The notes under the pieces were generated by a model. That model ran no database searches. It saw only the letters and a list, made by a program, of their open reading frames with translations, and was not told where the DNA came from. Made by a program: the position numbers and the translations under genes. 64,000 nucleotides of DNA from Orbicella franksi (Eukaryota), in NCBI GenBank assembly GCA_964199315.1, contig OZ116700.1, forward strand, positions 34,596,001 to 34,660,000, read 5' to 3'. Positions 11,979-24,573 of this stretch are shown here, one piece after another. How positions within the stretch are numbered: position 1 is the first letter of the stretch; every line of letters begins with the position of its first letter.

Positions 11979-13749
11979 TTTGTTTGGGCTCAATTGGCTA
12001 CCACGCGTGTTCATTCAATGCGGACAACAGCCTTTGTTCCAAATCGTTTCGCTAGTGTAGCAACTTTAAAATTTGCTTCAAAGTTGAAATTTGTTGCAGG
12101 ACCACAAACTTTGTAATGTCGGCTTCAAATTGTACATGAAATCCGATAAGATTCCTACAGGGATGGTTGGTTGCCTTGGAGTTGCGCTGACAACAAAGAT
12201 AGCGGAAGGCGCAGAAAATTAAATACTTGTCATGTTTGGATAAGCAGACAATCGTTTGTCAACATAATTAGCTTGTGAGATTCATCGATAGGTCGAAAAG
12301 ATGAAATGATGTAGAAATCATGGTCGTGCGGCTGCTTAAAGTTTTTAGAGAATTAAGAATGTTGAAGTTGGACCATAGTACCGAAAGCGTCTTTCCGGAG
12401 TTAACGATGCAAAATGTATGTTGCACAATAACAATGGACGATACATGTAAATGTATTTAAAACAAGCAAGGCTAATAAAACATGTGAATTTTAGCCGAAT
12501 TTCGTTTAACCGAAATATTGGGCTGCCCTATGCGCTAACTTGGCGCCAGGGGACAGGTGAAGGTGAAATATTGGGCTAAGTTACACATATTTAGCTCAGT
12601 GAAACAATCTCTAACTATACGGTGTCCAAGAGATATGTATTTCTCATTCAGTAAAAAAAAAAAAGCTTATAAATCGCACTGATGAGGTCGATGGAGTCCA
12701 TGGAAATATGAATTCCTCTTTATTGGTTTAATGTTTAATTGAGGCACACTACACTCGTTATACAATGCAGGGACGCTTGATCAGATGCGTACTTTTCATG
12801 ATAGTTACTTCTATATATATTTAAATCGGAGTAAAAACCCTCCCCGTCCCCTCCCCTTACAAAGCGGTCATAAATGATGCATAAACTAACAAGGGCGCCA
12901 TTGCAAGGAAATAAGATATGTTAAAGTACTTTGTTTTTCTTGCGCCTTACGCTTCAAGACTGTCTGTAGACAGTAGAATGGTTTAAAAGCGAGTTGTAAG
13001 ACAGAATCTAGCCATCATAAATTGAGAGGATAGACACCTTATCGACGCAATCCAAGCCGGATAGCAGGGGTGGAAGCCTAGGGCGACATGTGTCAGGCAG
13101 TCATGATTGGTCGAAAAATTGGCCTGAGTTCCACAAAACTAATTACCAAGTCACTAACTATGAGATTTTTGATACTGAGGTGATAACAGGTCTTATAGAA
13201 CCTATCATAACCTATGCGACAAAAATCTAATTATGTAATAAAAAAAAGTCCTAAACGTACGGCTAGTACATTACGTAGTTCTGTAAAAGGTGCGCTGCGT
13301 CGTTAATTATTTCACCTCATCTTTAATCCATCAATATAAGAGCAATATTCAGACTGTCACACTCTTAAATATAATACAACGTATGTGAACAAGAAAAAAA
13401 AAACAAGACTTATGACTGCCTGTAGTATTTACACACTAGTGTAGCAACATAACTTGAAATTTGCTTTGCCAAGTTAACCATACTCGACATATATATTCTG
13501 CCCATCTATTCCTATTTATTTATTAAATGAAACGTTTTGAGAATTTTGTGTTTCATCAAGGCGATATCCACTCTTCAATCGTGCAGCTCACACTTATTCT
13601 ACTCTAATAAATATTCGCGCGGACCTGATTTACGAGAATCTCTAATATCTATTTTTGGCCTCCCACTTTTTAACGTCATCTTGGCAGGCTGGGGGCACAA
13701 ATAAGCTTGTACCTTTACACGAGTTCTAATGGTAATGCAATATCCACAC

Positions 13750-13827
13750 TATCATGCGATCAGGCGTTCTGTTTTTATGTTGTTTTGTTTTGTTCACGCG
13801 CGAGACAGAACGTCTGATCGCAAGTTA
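13750..13827. mobile_element. Short MITE-like hairpin in the CROCC-like 3' UTR
   Basis: tatcatgcgatcaggcgttctgt ... acagaacgtctgatcgcaagtta; a related copy lies at ~800-858. Confidence 0.65.
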
Positions 13828-13841
13828 ATCTCCACTGCTGA

Positions 13842-16800
13842 TCAATTTGCAGACTTCCTTGATCTCCTATATCTTCTCAGTGGGGATTGAATTTCGGGTG
13901 CAAATTCTAGTGTCATATCTTCGTGATCCATTTTCGAGCTATGCCCGATGACATCCGACGAGGGCGCGCGATTCGAAGATGACACTCCATGAGTCTTGCT
14001 GCGCTCTTTCAAGTTCATGTGTGAGGCCGACCTCGTACGTCTCTTCGATGACCGGAGATACTTCGCCTCTTCCGATGATTGATCGATTTGTTGACGAGGA
14101 TGTGCGTCAACCGTTGATCCGTCTGTGTCAGTTGACGGAGGTGGTATCTCGTTTCGTCGGACAGCTTCCGTATACCGATCGATCTTCCGAAGTGATTTTC
14201 CGAGCATACTCCGAAGATTGTTTGCGTCCTCCTCAACTGCTTGGAGTGACTTTCCTAAGGACTGTCGGACCTCTCTTATTTCATCGCTTTTGATTGCAAC
14301 CTTATTAGATTCCATTGCCTTCTCTTCTCTCTCAGTTTGAAGCTCTCTTTTGAGGACAGCAATCTAAAACATCGATTAACACGACTTAGTGGAAACCGCA
14401 ATCACGATATTAGATAATACATTAAAGAGACTTGGCTATTATATTCAACCACAAGCTACAAGTTGTTGCAATTGGCAGCTACCCTAATAAAGGTCTTATA
14501 ATCCATCAAGTATTTTCGCTCACGCGCTATCGGTCTAAACGTGTCATGCAGATCACTTGACTGACTAGGAATATCCCAGTGAAATTCCTCAATTTTCAAA
14601 ACATTTGACACGAAAATATCCTCGAATATTTGTCCTTGGACATTATCTGTCTTTCTGTTCCTCAAAGCTCAGAGTTCGCTTACTGGAACACGTAAAGTTT
14701 GTGGACAAATATCTGAGAATATTTTCGCGCCAAATGGAGGCTATTGTTTATATCAGTATATTTGCAGTTATTTTGATTCTGGAACTCAGTAAAATTGAAA
14801 CATGTTTTTCTATATTTGAATAGCAACTAGGTTAAACTATTAAATCAAAGTAATATTGAACGGAGTCAGACCTTAATATCGAAATTGTCACAGGAAATAA
14901 CACTCAAGTCTTCACCTGTTTCTCTAGAGCCTCCACCTTTGCCTTGTACGCTCTTTCTCGTTTCTCAGATGTCTTCTGTGTCTTTTCCAGTGCCAAGTGT
15001 GACCTCTTAGCCTCTTTTTCTAAATCCTGTTGTTGTTTCTCTGTAACCTCCAGTAAGCTATAAAAATTATATCACTTTAAGGAATGTCCAGATGAGTCTG
15101 TGTTTAGGCGCGACGTAAAACGATCTATGATATCCTTGTCAATAAACTTTGTATTGTAATGCGTCACGCAGATAAAAATTAATGGTGTAATAATGACTGA
15201 CTGACTGAATAACTGACTGACTGGCTGGCTGGCTGGCTGACTGACTGGCTGACTGACTGGCTGACTGGCTGGCTGACTGACTGGCTGACTGACTGACTCA
15301 CTGACTCACTGACTCGCTGACTGACTCACTGACTGACTGACTGACTGAATGAATGAATGAATGAATGAATGAATGAATGACTGGAGACTGACTGTCTGAC
15401 TGACTGACTGAATGAATGAATTACTGGCTGACTGGCGGGCTAACTGGTCGGCTGACTGGCTGGCTGACTGACTGTTTTACTGACTGACTCACTGACACAC
15501 TGACTTTCTTACTGACTGGCTGACTGACTGACTGGCTGCATGGCTGGCTGCATGGCTGACTGTCTATCTGACCAACTGATGACTGATCACACCATTGACC
15601 GATTCATTTCGACTGCATGAAAGACCGTCTAAGTGACTGAATGACTGACTTACGTTTGTCTGCCGTGTCTTTTCTGTCTGTCTGTTAATCAGACTCCAAC
15701 TGACTGACCTGCATTAACGGTCGATCGGAAATTGTTCGCGAACTGACTGACTCATTTGACGTATTGACTGACATACCTTTCAGTGTGCTTGGCTTGGGCT
15801 TCTTGAAGTGCTCTTTGTAAAGAATCTACTCTCTCCTTCAACTCTATGTTTTCCTTTGCTGCCTCGCCAAGCGTTCTATTTAAAGCCTCTTTTTCTTGAT
15901 TTGACTCGAAGAATGATTCTTCAAACTCTAATCGTTCTCTCTGTAGTCTATCCAGCGTCTTTTTAAGCACCTGGACATCTTTGCCAATACGCAAATTGCT
16001 CTTTTCTAAATCTCTCTTTTCGACCTCAAATGAGGAATTCATCTTGTGTAAAGAAGTGTTTTCGCTTTTAAGGGCATTACTTTCCTCTTCAAGATCTTGC
16101 AGTTTTTTCAGAAGTTCATCTTCGCGCTCTTGTCGCTGAATCAAGAGACTTTTTACGTGTTTGACTTGATTTTCAAAGTCATTAATACGAAGCTCAGCGT
16201 CCTCTCTCGTTTTCTCCAAGAAATCGACTTTTTCAGCCAAAGCGCGGTTTTCGTTCTTACAATCTTTGACAGTCTCCCTGAGTGCTCCAACTCTCTCTTG
16301 TTGCAATCGCTTGTCACCTTCTGTGCTTTCCAGGGAACGCTGAAGCTGATTAATGTGTTCTTGTAAATTATGTGAGCTGCTGTTGCTTTCACTCAAAGAA
16401 ACAGAAAGTGCCTGGATCTTTTCTTTAAGCCTTGTTTCTTCCGCCTCGCCTTTTGACACAGCGCTGTTAAGCTTCTGTATTGCGAGGTTTAAACTGGAGA
16501 TATGGTTTTCTAATTCTTGATTAACCTTTAGCGCACCGCTCAACCTTTCTCTTAACTCTTTGTTTTCGGCGTCCATGTCATTTTGCACTCGTTTCTGCCT
16601 TTGTAATTCGCCATCCAGTGATTTAAGCCTCAACTCATTCTTCGTCATTTCCCTCGATGAAGCCTCCAGTTGGGTCCACAATGCGTGTTTTTCGCTTTTC
16701 ATTCTTTTCTCGGTATCCTGAAGTTCCCTTATCTTTTCTTGCTGTTGCTTTCGTTCATTCTCTGACAGGCTCAAAGTACTCTCTAGCATTTGTAGTTTTT

Positions 16801-19800
16801 CATCTAGTCCATTTCGTTCTCGCTCAGTTTTCTGTATCGCTTCTTCCTGGGAATTGGCAACCAAAAATAGTGGTTTGATTATCATTTTGTAGCTTGGAAT
16901 GTGTTTCATCTAACGCTTTACTCCACGTTCAAGAGCATTTTACTTTTACATACATGTATATTAGACTCATAATACTTGTCGATTACATCCCCAGCATTTT
17001 GCTAGTTATCCCCATATTTTGCCTAAACGTATTTAAAGAACTGAGTAGAGCGGTTTCCGATTGAGTGTCGTAAAATCAAAACCAAAGTAATCACTCTAGC
17101 CAATCACAAAGAACACAGGTAATACAATGAACCAATCAAAACTCGAAGGAATAACATGTAGCTAACTCAAAACGTGGGAATACGCGTGCGAGTAAGTCAC
17201 GATTGGTTTTAGTTTTACTTCTGATTGGATGGACAAGTGGCGCCAGTTTTTTAAGCCAATCGTGTAGTGTAGTGGCAAAACCAATTGCTTTTCGACGCTA
17301 AAATGAAAACCGCTCCAAGGTGCGCAAGTGTGCTATATTTAGCATAAACGCCTCGAGGAATTCTAGCTTCAATCTAGTTTAATATTGTGGGCAGTTTTTC
17401 TTTCCCCAGCCAGAACAGAAGTAACTGCAGCACTTTTTACTAACCTGTAGAGTGAGCGCAGTTTCTGTACTGTTCAATCTCTCTTCTAACAATCTTTTCT
17501 GATCTCTTAGCTCATTCATCTCCTGGTGCACGTCTCGGAGTTTTCCGTCTAACGCTGCTCTTTCTTCCTCCGAATGAGCCACAGCACTCTGTAAGCTGTC
17601 CACTTTCACTAAACTCTCCTCCTTCTTTCTTTCTGATTCCTTCACGTTTTGTAGCAGCTCTGATAAAGATGATTTTACAGCGTCTGGATCTATGTCGTCC
17701 GAGGAGTCTTCTACAACAACAGCAACAACAACAACAAGCCATAAAGAAGTTAGGTCTGATTTGTTGATATGATGTCTCAGGCAACTTTCCTGAAGCTAAG
17801 TGGCTCACCGCGGGCCTACGCTAATCTAAGGTATCGAAAATGAACCGATTAGGAGCATTAATCAACAAGATATTGACACTTCCCTGGTGGGATGCTCTCC
17901 CATTGCAGATCAGAGGATCACTGCGGATCTCTTGCTTTTGGTAAATATTTTCTCAGGTTAAGATACAACAATTCCATTGAGCGTTGCGTTAAGTTGCAAG
18001 TCAGCCAACTAAGTATTTTAAATATTCTATCCTTTACGGTAATAAGGTCATGCATGTAAAATCCGAACTGTGTTTACCTGAACTCGATCGCGATCGTCCT
18101 CGGAAAGAGCGACGGTTTTTTTTCGGACTACCTTCGTTTGGAGTCGGAGGTCGGGACTGCGATCGTAAGCCTAGAGATCGGCGAAGAATTGAGTAAAGGC
18201 TTGACAGCTTAAATTCGGAATCGTTCTTCGCAGCTTCAATTCGAGCGATTTGAGATTCCAGAGCACTGATTCTTCCATCATTCCCAGATAATTGAGCTTT
18301 GTAATTTTCCCTGTCGAATGTTGTTTGTTCCAAGAGGCTCTCCATTTCTCGTATCTTGTTTTTCGCCTTTTGCTCGAATTGCTTGAATTCTTCCAATTGA
18401 GCTTGATAGTCTTTCTCGCGGCTGGCAAACGTGTCTTCAGCTTCTTTGATCCTGTAGGAATACAAGTAAAATTGAAGGATTTTTCAAAGATTGCAGTTGC
18501 TAGTAGTTAGTTTTCAGCTGAAATACAAAACGCAGCTTGAACTTTGGAAAAATTGCAAATAGAAGTACTTTGATAAGACTGGCGAGGGTGAATGCTATGA
18601 AAGGCTATAACGTATGACTTGTTGGTTGGAAATATCGAGCAAACAAATATAAATGTACTGTACAATCAAACTGATGGTGCTTTGGAGCAACTTAACAAAT
18701 CGAATGTGGTTTAGCGTGGTCTGTTCTCATGTCGACAAGGATACGCGTCATCACAGTGGTCAAAATGTGGTGGACTCACAAGGCGCAGCCGAGTGAGTCC
18801 ACAACGAATTTTGACCACTTTAATGACGCGTATCGTTGTCGATAAGAGTACAGACCACTCTAAACCACATTTCGATTTGTTTTTTACCACAATATCAACG
18901 TCAAAGAAAATGGTTTTTTTTAGAGGGCGAGCTGAAAAAGGCATCGCGCGACACATTGACGCGAGCAGCGTAGTCTCGACTCTTATCGACAACGGCAAAT
19001 TAGCCAATCAGATTGCGAGATTAGCAGCAATTGTGGTAAAAAAAGAAATTGTCACATGTTGCCATTGGTACCAACCATCAGATATCGCAGTGCCAGGAAA
19101 ATTACTTTAGCAAAAGTGTACCGGACCCGCAGCCAAAACAGATCTACTACGGCAATAGGTCCTGTTGAGATGGTCGTGGGGGTGTAGATTGCGTGGCTTT
19201 AACAACTGCCATTTCTGTCTAATATTGCGGATTAAACCGATTCTCTTTTGTGTGGTAAATTCTTACCTCCGTTGCAGTTTAGCTGCATTTTGCTTTGCTT
19301 CCTCCTTCTCGCTATCAACATGCAGTATGTTTTGCTTCAAGTTGTACGCCTCGTGCCGAGCCTCCTCTCGCAAAGCTTCCTCGTGTGCTAACCTTTCTTG
19401 TAGATCAGACACTTCTCTTTTTCCGAGCAAGCACTCGCTGCTCAGAATCTTCACCTGACGCAGCGCCTCTTGTAGTTCTCGCCTGATCTCGGCTCGCTCC
19501 GCTTCAAGCTCGTTCAGTCGGCTACGAAGATCGTTTGCCTCGCCGGTGATGCTCGCGCGGCTGTCGTCGCACACTCGGAACTTGTTTTCAAGATCATCAA
19601 GGGCGCGCCTCGTTTCAGCTCTCTCGCTCTCTGTCTGTTTCACTTTCTCTCTCAGCTCATCGCAAGTTTTTTGAAGAGAACCCTTTTCAATTTGTTCGTC
19701 TTTGATTTGTCTCCTGAGTGCCAAGTTTTCTTTTCGTTGAGTCTCCTTAGCTTCCTCGCACTCTCGCATTTTCCGATGTGAGTCCATCAGATCCCTTCGC

Positions 19801-19938
19801 GCACTGTCACGTGTCTCCTCCGCCATGTTAAGCTGCATTTTAAGGGCTTTGATTTCTCGTTCGGCATTGTCACGGTTTTTCATCGCCTCTAAGAGCTGTT
19901 CTTTCACACCGTTACCGTTCTGGTAATGTGTTGGAGAA
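13842..19938 (-). CDS. Rootletin (CROCC)-like coiled-coil protein, C-terminal half only, about 1015 aa in six exons
   Basis: Exons 19938-19267, 18451-18078, 17710-17445, 16846-15777, 15057-14916, 14363-13842; all GT-AG, phases chain 2-1-0-2-0 to a TGA. Recalled rootletin C-terminal landmarks: SILRRSLGL, DIDPDAVKSSLSELLQ, LQEEAIQKTERER, EKRDLEKSNLRIGKD..LKKTLDRLQRE, RERAYKAKVEALEKQI. Confidence 0.9.
14495..14750. repeat. Interspersed repeat, copy 1 (CROCC-like last intron)
   Basis: Shares cttataatccatca, ggaatatcc, ttgtccttggacattatctgt and gacaaatatc..agaatattttcg.gccaaatggaggcta.tgttta with 46788-47096. Confidence 0.8.
15194..15770. repeat. Compound tetranucleotide microsatellite (GACT/GGCT/GAAT)n
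   Basis: Long runs of gact, ggct and gaat units, decaying toward the splice donor at 15776. Confidence 0.95.
17046..17318. mobile_element. MITE, about 270 bp
   Basis: Terminal inverted match tagagcggtttcc...gaaaaccgctcc; internal ccaatca/gattgg inverted motifs. Confidence 0.75.
18694..19044. repeat. Long hairpin repeat (about 85-bp arms) plus adjacent short-TIR segment
   Basis: aacaaatcgaatgtggtttagcgtggtctgt...gtggactcac [aaggcgcagccga] gtgagtccac...acagaccactctaaaccacatttcgatttgtt (18694-18881), then tttttaccacaa...ttgtggtaaaaa. Confidence 0.85.
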
Positions 19939-20471
19939 CTGAAATTATAAAAAATATATATATATATATTATCTAGTTACGGAGCGACCGGCACATATCA
20001 TGCTGAGTTAAAATAAGAATGATCCGGCGACGAATTACTCCTTAAAAACATCTCATACAATATCAGAAATATAGTTCACGAGAAAGGAGTTGATAACCTG
20101 GGGGAAATATTTTTTGCTACTGAAACTAAAGTAAAGTGATGAACTGAAGCTGGTAAAGAGAATTTGCTTGTTAGCATCACGAAGCGAAGTAAATAAAAAT
20201 AACAGTGCACAAATTAATCCCAAGTATGCGTGAAAATTTCACTCTGTCGTAATAAAAGTTGAAAATTGTTCTCAATCTCACGCGTATTACCATTCAAGGC
20301 CATGATTTTGTATTGTCACCCAAGATGAACGTTGTGACAACTCGCTAGGCATGGACTCAACTTTGCGCAACATGTTGCCGCGGTGTGCATCACGGGTGGT
20401 TATGCGCAACAACCTTTTAACCTGTATCAGTTGAAGATGTGCATCATGTAACCTGCCCGGTGTATACCCAC

Positions 20472-22377
20472 CTCATATTTTCTTCACTGATTCGTCTTGA
20501 ATATTCTTTAAACAAAACAAGACCAAAAAATACACTCAGATATTAGATGCATGCGAGTAAATATTGTCTAGAGGTAAGGCGACTTAAAGATATCCGTCGT
20601 TCTAACAGCGGTCTTTACAAACTGACTTGCAGACAGCGCTTGCTCGCTCTCTCTGGTAAAACCCCTCCAACGTTAGAGTTATAATGAGCTCCACATGAGG
20701 CGCGAGGTCCGTCTTGCAGGACGTCACCGCTAGTTAGAGTGGTCTTGAAAGAGAGAATGCGATCAGCGTGCATTAATAGAATGGTATTGTGCAAACTAAT
20801 AACTGGAGGGCTAACATAATCATTACCTAGTTAGACGACCTCGTTAACCGGTTGTGTTACTATTTCCCTTCCAGATCTTCACGTGAGAAACGGATGATAA
20901 GAGTAGCTCAGTGGTTATAAAAAGAGTAATAAACGCGGGTCTCACGACGTAACAGAATTTCTTTGCAACGTTTCCATTAAATGTGCACTCGCCTGGAATT
21001 CAGTAAAAGAGCAAACCGGAGTAAACTAAATTACTCATTAATCATTTTTGCATACTAATAAAGACATTTATAACTTACCGCGATTGTGGTGCAAAAAGCG
21101 AAACATTGAAATCAAATAGTTCAAATGTAACAGGGACAGAAAGCTTTTCTTGACCAGAGAGTGAAAAGTTGAATTTTCAAGCAGCAAATACAAGGCATCC
21201 TATGCTTCGTGTTGTTTAAAATTTCGAATCAAGAGTTGATCACTTAGAGAAAACAAAAGGGCCACAACAGCTGTCTGAAAACTAACAAGGTTTACGACCT
21301 ACTTGATCAGGTTATTCTTTCACTCACCTCAGGTTGTTAGAGAATTATTCCACAGTTTCTAAGCTAATAACCACAGATACTAAATATCTGAAAGAACCCA
21401 TTTCAAGGTTCAGCAACTTGTTATACGAGGGCAGATACCGTTATGCATGCATGACAGTTCCCGCGATATGCAAATTGAAACCCTGCATTGTTATTTGGCT
21501 TTCTTTGTTTTCCATAACACAAGAGGTTACACTTGACTGAAGTCCTTAATGTTTGAATTTGTTTTAAGAACGAAAAATAAAGACAGCGGCAATCTTAAAG
21601 TTTTAATGACGAATCAACTGAGTGACGTTTGGATTTCATATTGAATTAAAACAAGATTTCGCTTTAGAGATTTAATCCCTTATGAGGAGTTATCGCTTAT
21701 TTATGGTCGTTAGTCATATAAAAATATGCCCTGAAAGTTGACATATGATTTATATGAACTTTCAAGTTGAATTATAGAGTAAACATTGGAAACTTTACCT
21801 AAACATTAAATAGTTGTGAACAAATTAGACGGCAAAGGAAAATCAAAGACAAAGGATGCAAGGTTATTGTTCAGTTCAAAAAGCATTCAATTTGTCAAAG
21901 AGAAGTAGCTATCATCAAAACCTTGTTATAACGACCCTTCATTCAGGGGAAGCGAGATGTCATCCTCAGCTCGTTCAACAAATCTCCCCTCCATGAAGAA
22001 CTCACACTCAAAATGTACTAAAAACTCGAGAGACTTCTTCCTTAGATACTACATAAAAATGACAACCATATTTTTATTAATGAAAATAAAGCTTGGTATC
22101 AATTTTGCATCAAACAAAGCCTGAGCTAGATCTCGTAGGCAAAAATTTCCAAGACTTCAAGCTCTCTTTTCTTTATGGCCGCATTGTTGTTGTTTTTTTT
22201 ATTATATTGGGTTCTTTGACCAGGGCTGTCAAAATACAAAGCCATTACCTTTATCCTGCCATTCTCTTTTTGAAGCTTGGCAATTTCTGTATCAGGAGAG
22301 AAATCATCGATAGCAGTAGAGTAAAGACCGTTTGGGAAGGCTCCATCCGAAATTACGTGAGAATCATCATCCGACAT
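20472..22377 (-). CDS. Putative 5' exons of the CROCC-like gene
   Basis: 22377-22249 (MSDDDSH...KENGRIK then gtaatg, phase 0), 20743-20627 (phase 0/0) and 20505-20472 (YSRRISEENM, phase 1/2, fits into exon 19938). The phases do not fully chain, so the structure is unresolved. Confidence 0.35.
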
Positions 22378-24408
22378 CCTGCTTGCGCAATGGAGTTAAT
22401 TTTACACTGTGCTAAACAGGATAAAAAGCGAATTTACTGTTAACACCTGATCAACGTATTTCAAATATTTACCTCAAACCAACTTTCCTACCTTACGCAC
22501 TTTCTCACGCACGCCTCTTTAAAAAGGCTCGATTACTCAAAAAAACAAGTTTCAGAAAGTTCAATTGCCCCGCCACGAGAAGCACTTTTGTCCTGGAGTC
22601 GGTTACACTCGCTCGGTATTCCGTTAAAATTTAAATAAGTTCGCAGTTTATGAGACAACGCGCCGAATCATGATCCGCGCCGCACAATAAACGGAAACTA
22701 ATTCATTTCAGTCTGCCCACAGGGCGAGCAAAGTCAAATGGTTTTTGTTTCAAGAACCAATCAGGGTCGTGAAAATTCAAAAGCCATTGAAAGGTTAGCG
22801 GTCTTGTTATAAGTGAATGACAGCTTGAATGCAAATGCACGCGTGAGAAAGATGTTAATTGTTATTTACAAGAATATCATTACAGTTTTTATCGCACAAG
22901 TTGGGATAAAGATGATATTGACGTGAAAGAAATGGCGCGAAAATGCTTCATTCTAGAACTGTTACCCAGAAAATGTAGACTGGCAAAAACTTTGTGTTTG
23001 TGAATCACTGAATTTGGTTGAAGAGTTTTCTTTCGCGGTTTAATTTATTGATACCGTTCTAATTGTTATGCAGTAATTGTTGTAAATCCAGCGAAACGTT
23101 TAATCATTATATTTAACCATTATGGACAGTGAGTTTTAAAGTAAAAATATTTTAAGTATTACAAATTTTAAATCCTTTTAACGTCTTATCTGAACACGAC
23201 GCTTAAATAAACAATAACATCTAAACTGTAAACTCATATCGCCCTATGACCAAACAAAGAAAACAGTTATTTTTAAAAACAAGCAACAATAATTTAGAGG
23301 CACTGTCAGGCTCTACAGCAATTGCTAAAACTATTCAATTCAAGTTTTCATTTACCGGCGTTGAACTTTGAACATCTTCCGTGACAGCCATAAAAAATCA
23401 CATGGAATGCTAAAAACCTAGATACATACCTGTTAATAGTTGAGGCACTAGAAATACCATGCAACGATTATCGTATTTGGGATTAGCCGACCTGCTTAAA
23501 TAATCAAACAATCTGTCAACTCACTGGAATAACAAAACGTTTTTGAAACAGAACACGAAATTGATGAAGAAGAATTGTCTCACGCGAATTTACCACGCGT
23601 TGAAAGTACAAGATGCCACACCAATATTTGTACAAGTGAATATAAAACAACTGCTACACGCGTGGTGTTAACTGAAAATGTGTTATTTAAATATGTATGG
23701 ACCAATGACAGAGGCCGCTTACTGTTTACGTTTTCTGAGGAGAAAACCGAGTAGCTAAGAAAAATGCTTGAATGATGTTTAGAAAAAGTGAGTGGAATCA
23801 TTTAAAAACTGCGTAAAACTTAACACATAATGACTTTGATCGCGGCATACGAAATTCTTAACGTCGTAACTAATTTTTCCCGGGGTTTTCCTTGCATGCA
23901 ACTGAAACCCTGTTGGCCTAAAGCACCTGTTTTGGGCAGCTAGTTATATAAATAAAAACACCATGAAAATACAGGGTGCCGGTGTTAAAGTTTCTTACTA
24001 CTCACGGCTAGCAGTTTTGTATAGTAGTCACGTAATATCTATGAAATACGACGAATTTAATTTTTTTTCTTCGATTTAAAACCTCAAAAGAAATGATTAC
24101 CGCGTCGTGAGAATTTCCACCAGAATCCATCAATTAACACCAGGAGTCAAGCTATAAGCCAGAATCAAGTTAAGGCCCGATATACATTGAAGCGGTCGAA
24201 AACAAAAGGTTAAATATGGCCTTTTATTACGGCGAACAGTGACCGTTGCTTACGAAATTGCGGGTCAGAATAAAAAGTTTCAAGGGCCAATTCATGGAAT
24301 ATTAATAAGCAATCAATAAACATGTCTCTACGCTGTTTTTGGGCAAAATTGGACTACCACGCTTCCAGGCCTTTTCTCTTGAAGTTGGATGGAGCGGGAA
24401 AAAAAATG

Positions 24409-24573
24409 AATAGGCCATTATCGTATTCTCGGTATTGGATCGAAACTACACTAGCTTGGAACGGGGGGCTCCGGAATACAGGGGAATACCATTAAAAAAA
24501 GATGGGCACCACTCAATAGCCTCAGTTGCAGGCTAGTTCCAGTGCAGTACCGAGAACACCAATAGATCCTAAT
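24409..24573. mobile_element. Degenerate MITE
   Basis: Arms ttctcggtattgga..ctagcttggaac versus gttgcaggctag..gcagtaccgagaa. Confidence 0.5.

Noticed and set aside
12678-12720. Hammerhead motif CTGATGAG...GAAA
   Set aside because: No closing base pair or stem II before GAAA.
15194-15770. CRISPR-like array
   Set aside because: Simple tetranucleotide microsatellite with no spacers, in a eukaryotic intron.
13979-19486. Plus-strand and alternate-frame ORFs over CROCC-like exons
   Set aside because: Shadows of coiled-coil codon bias on the coding strand.
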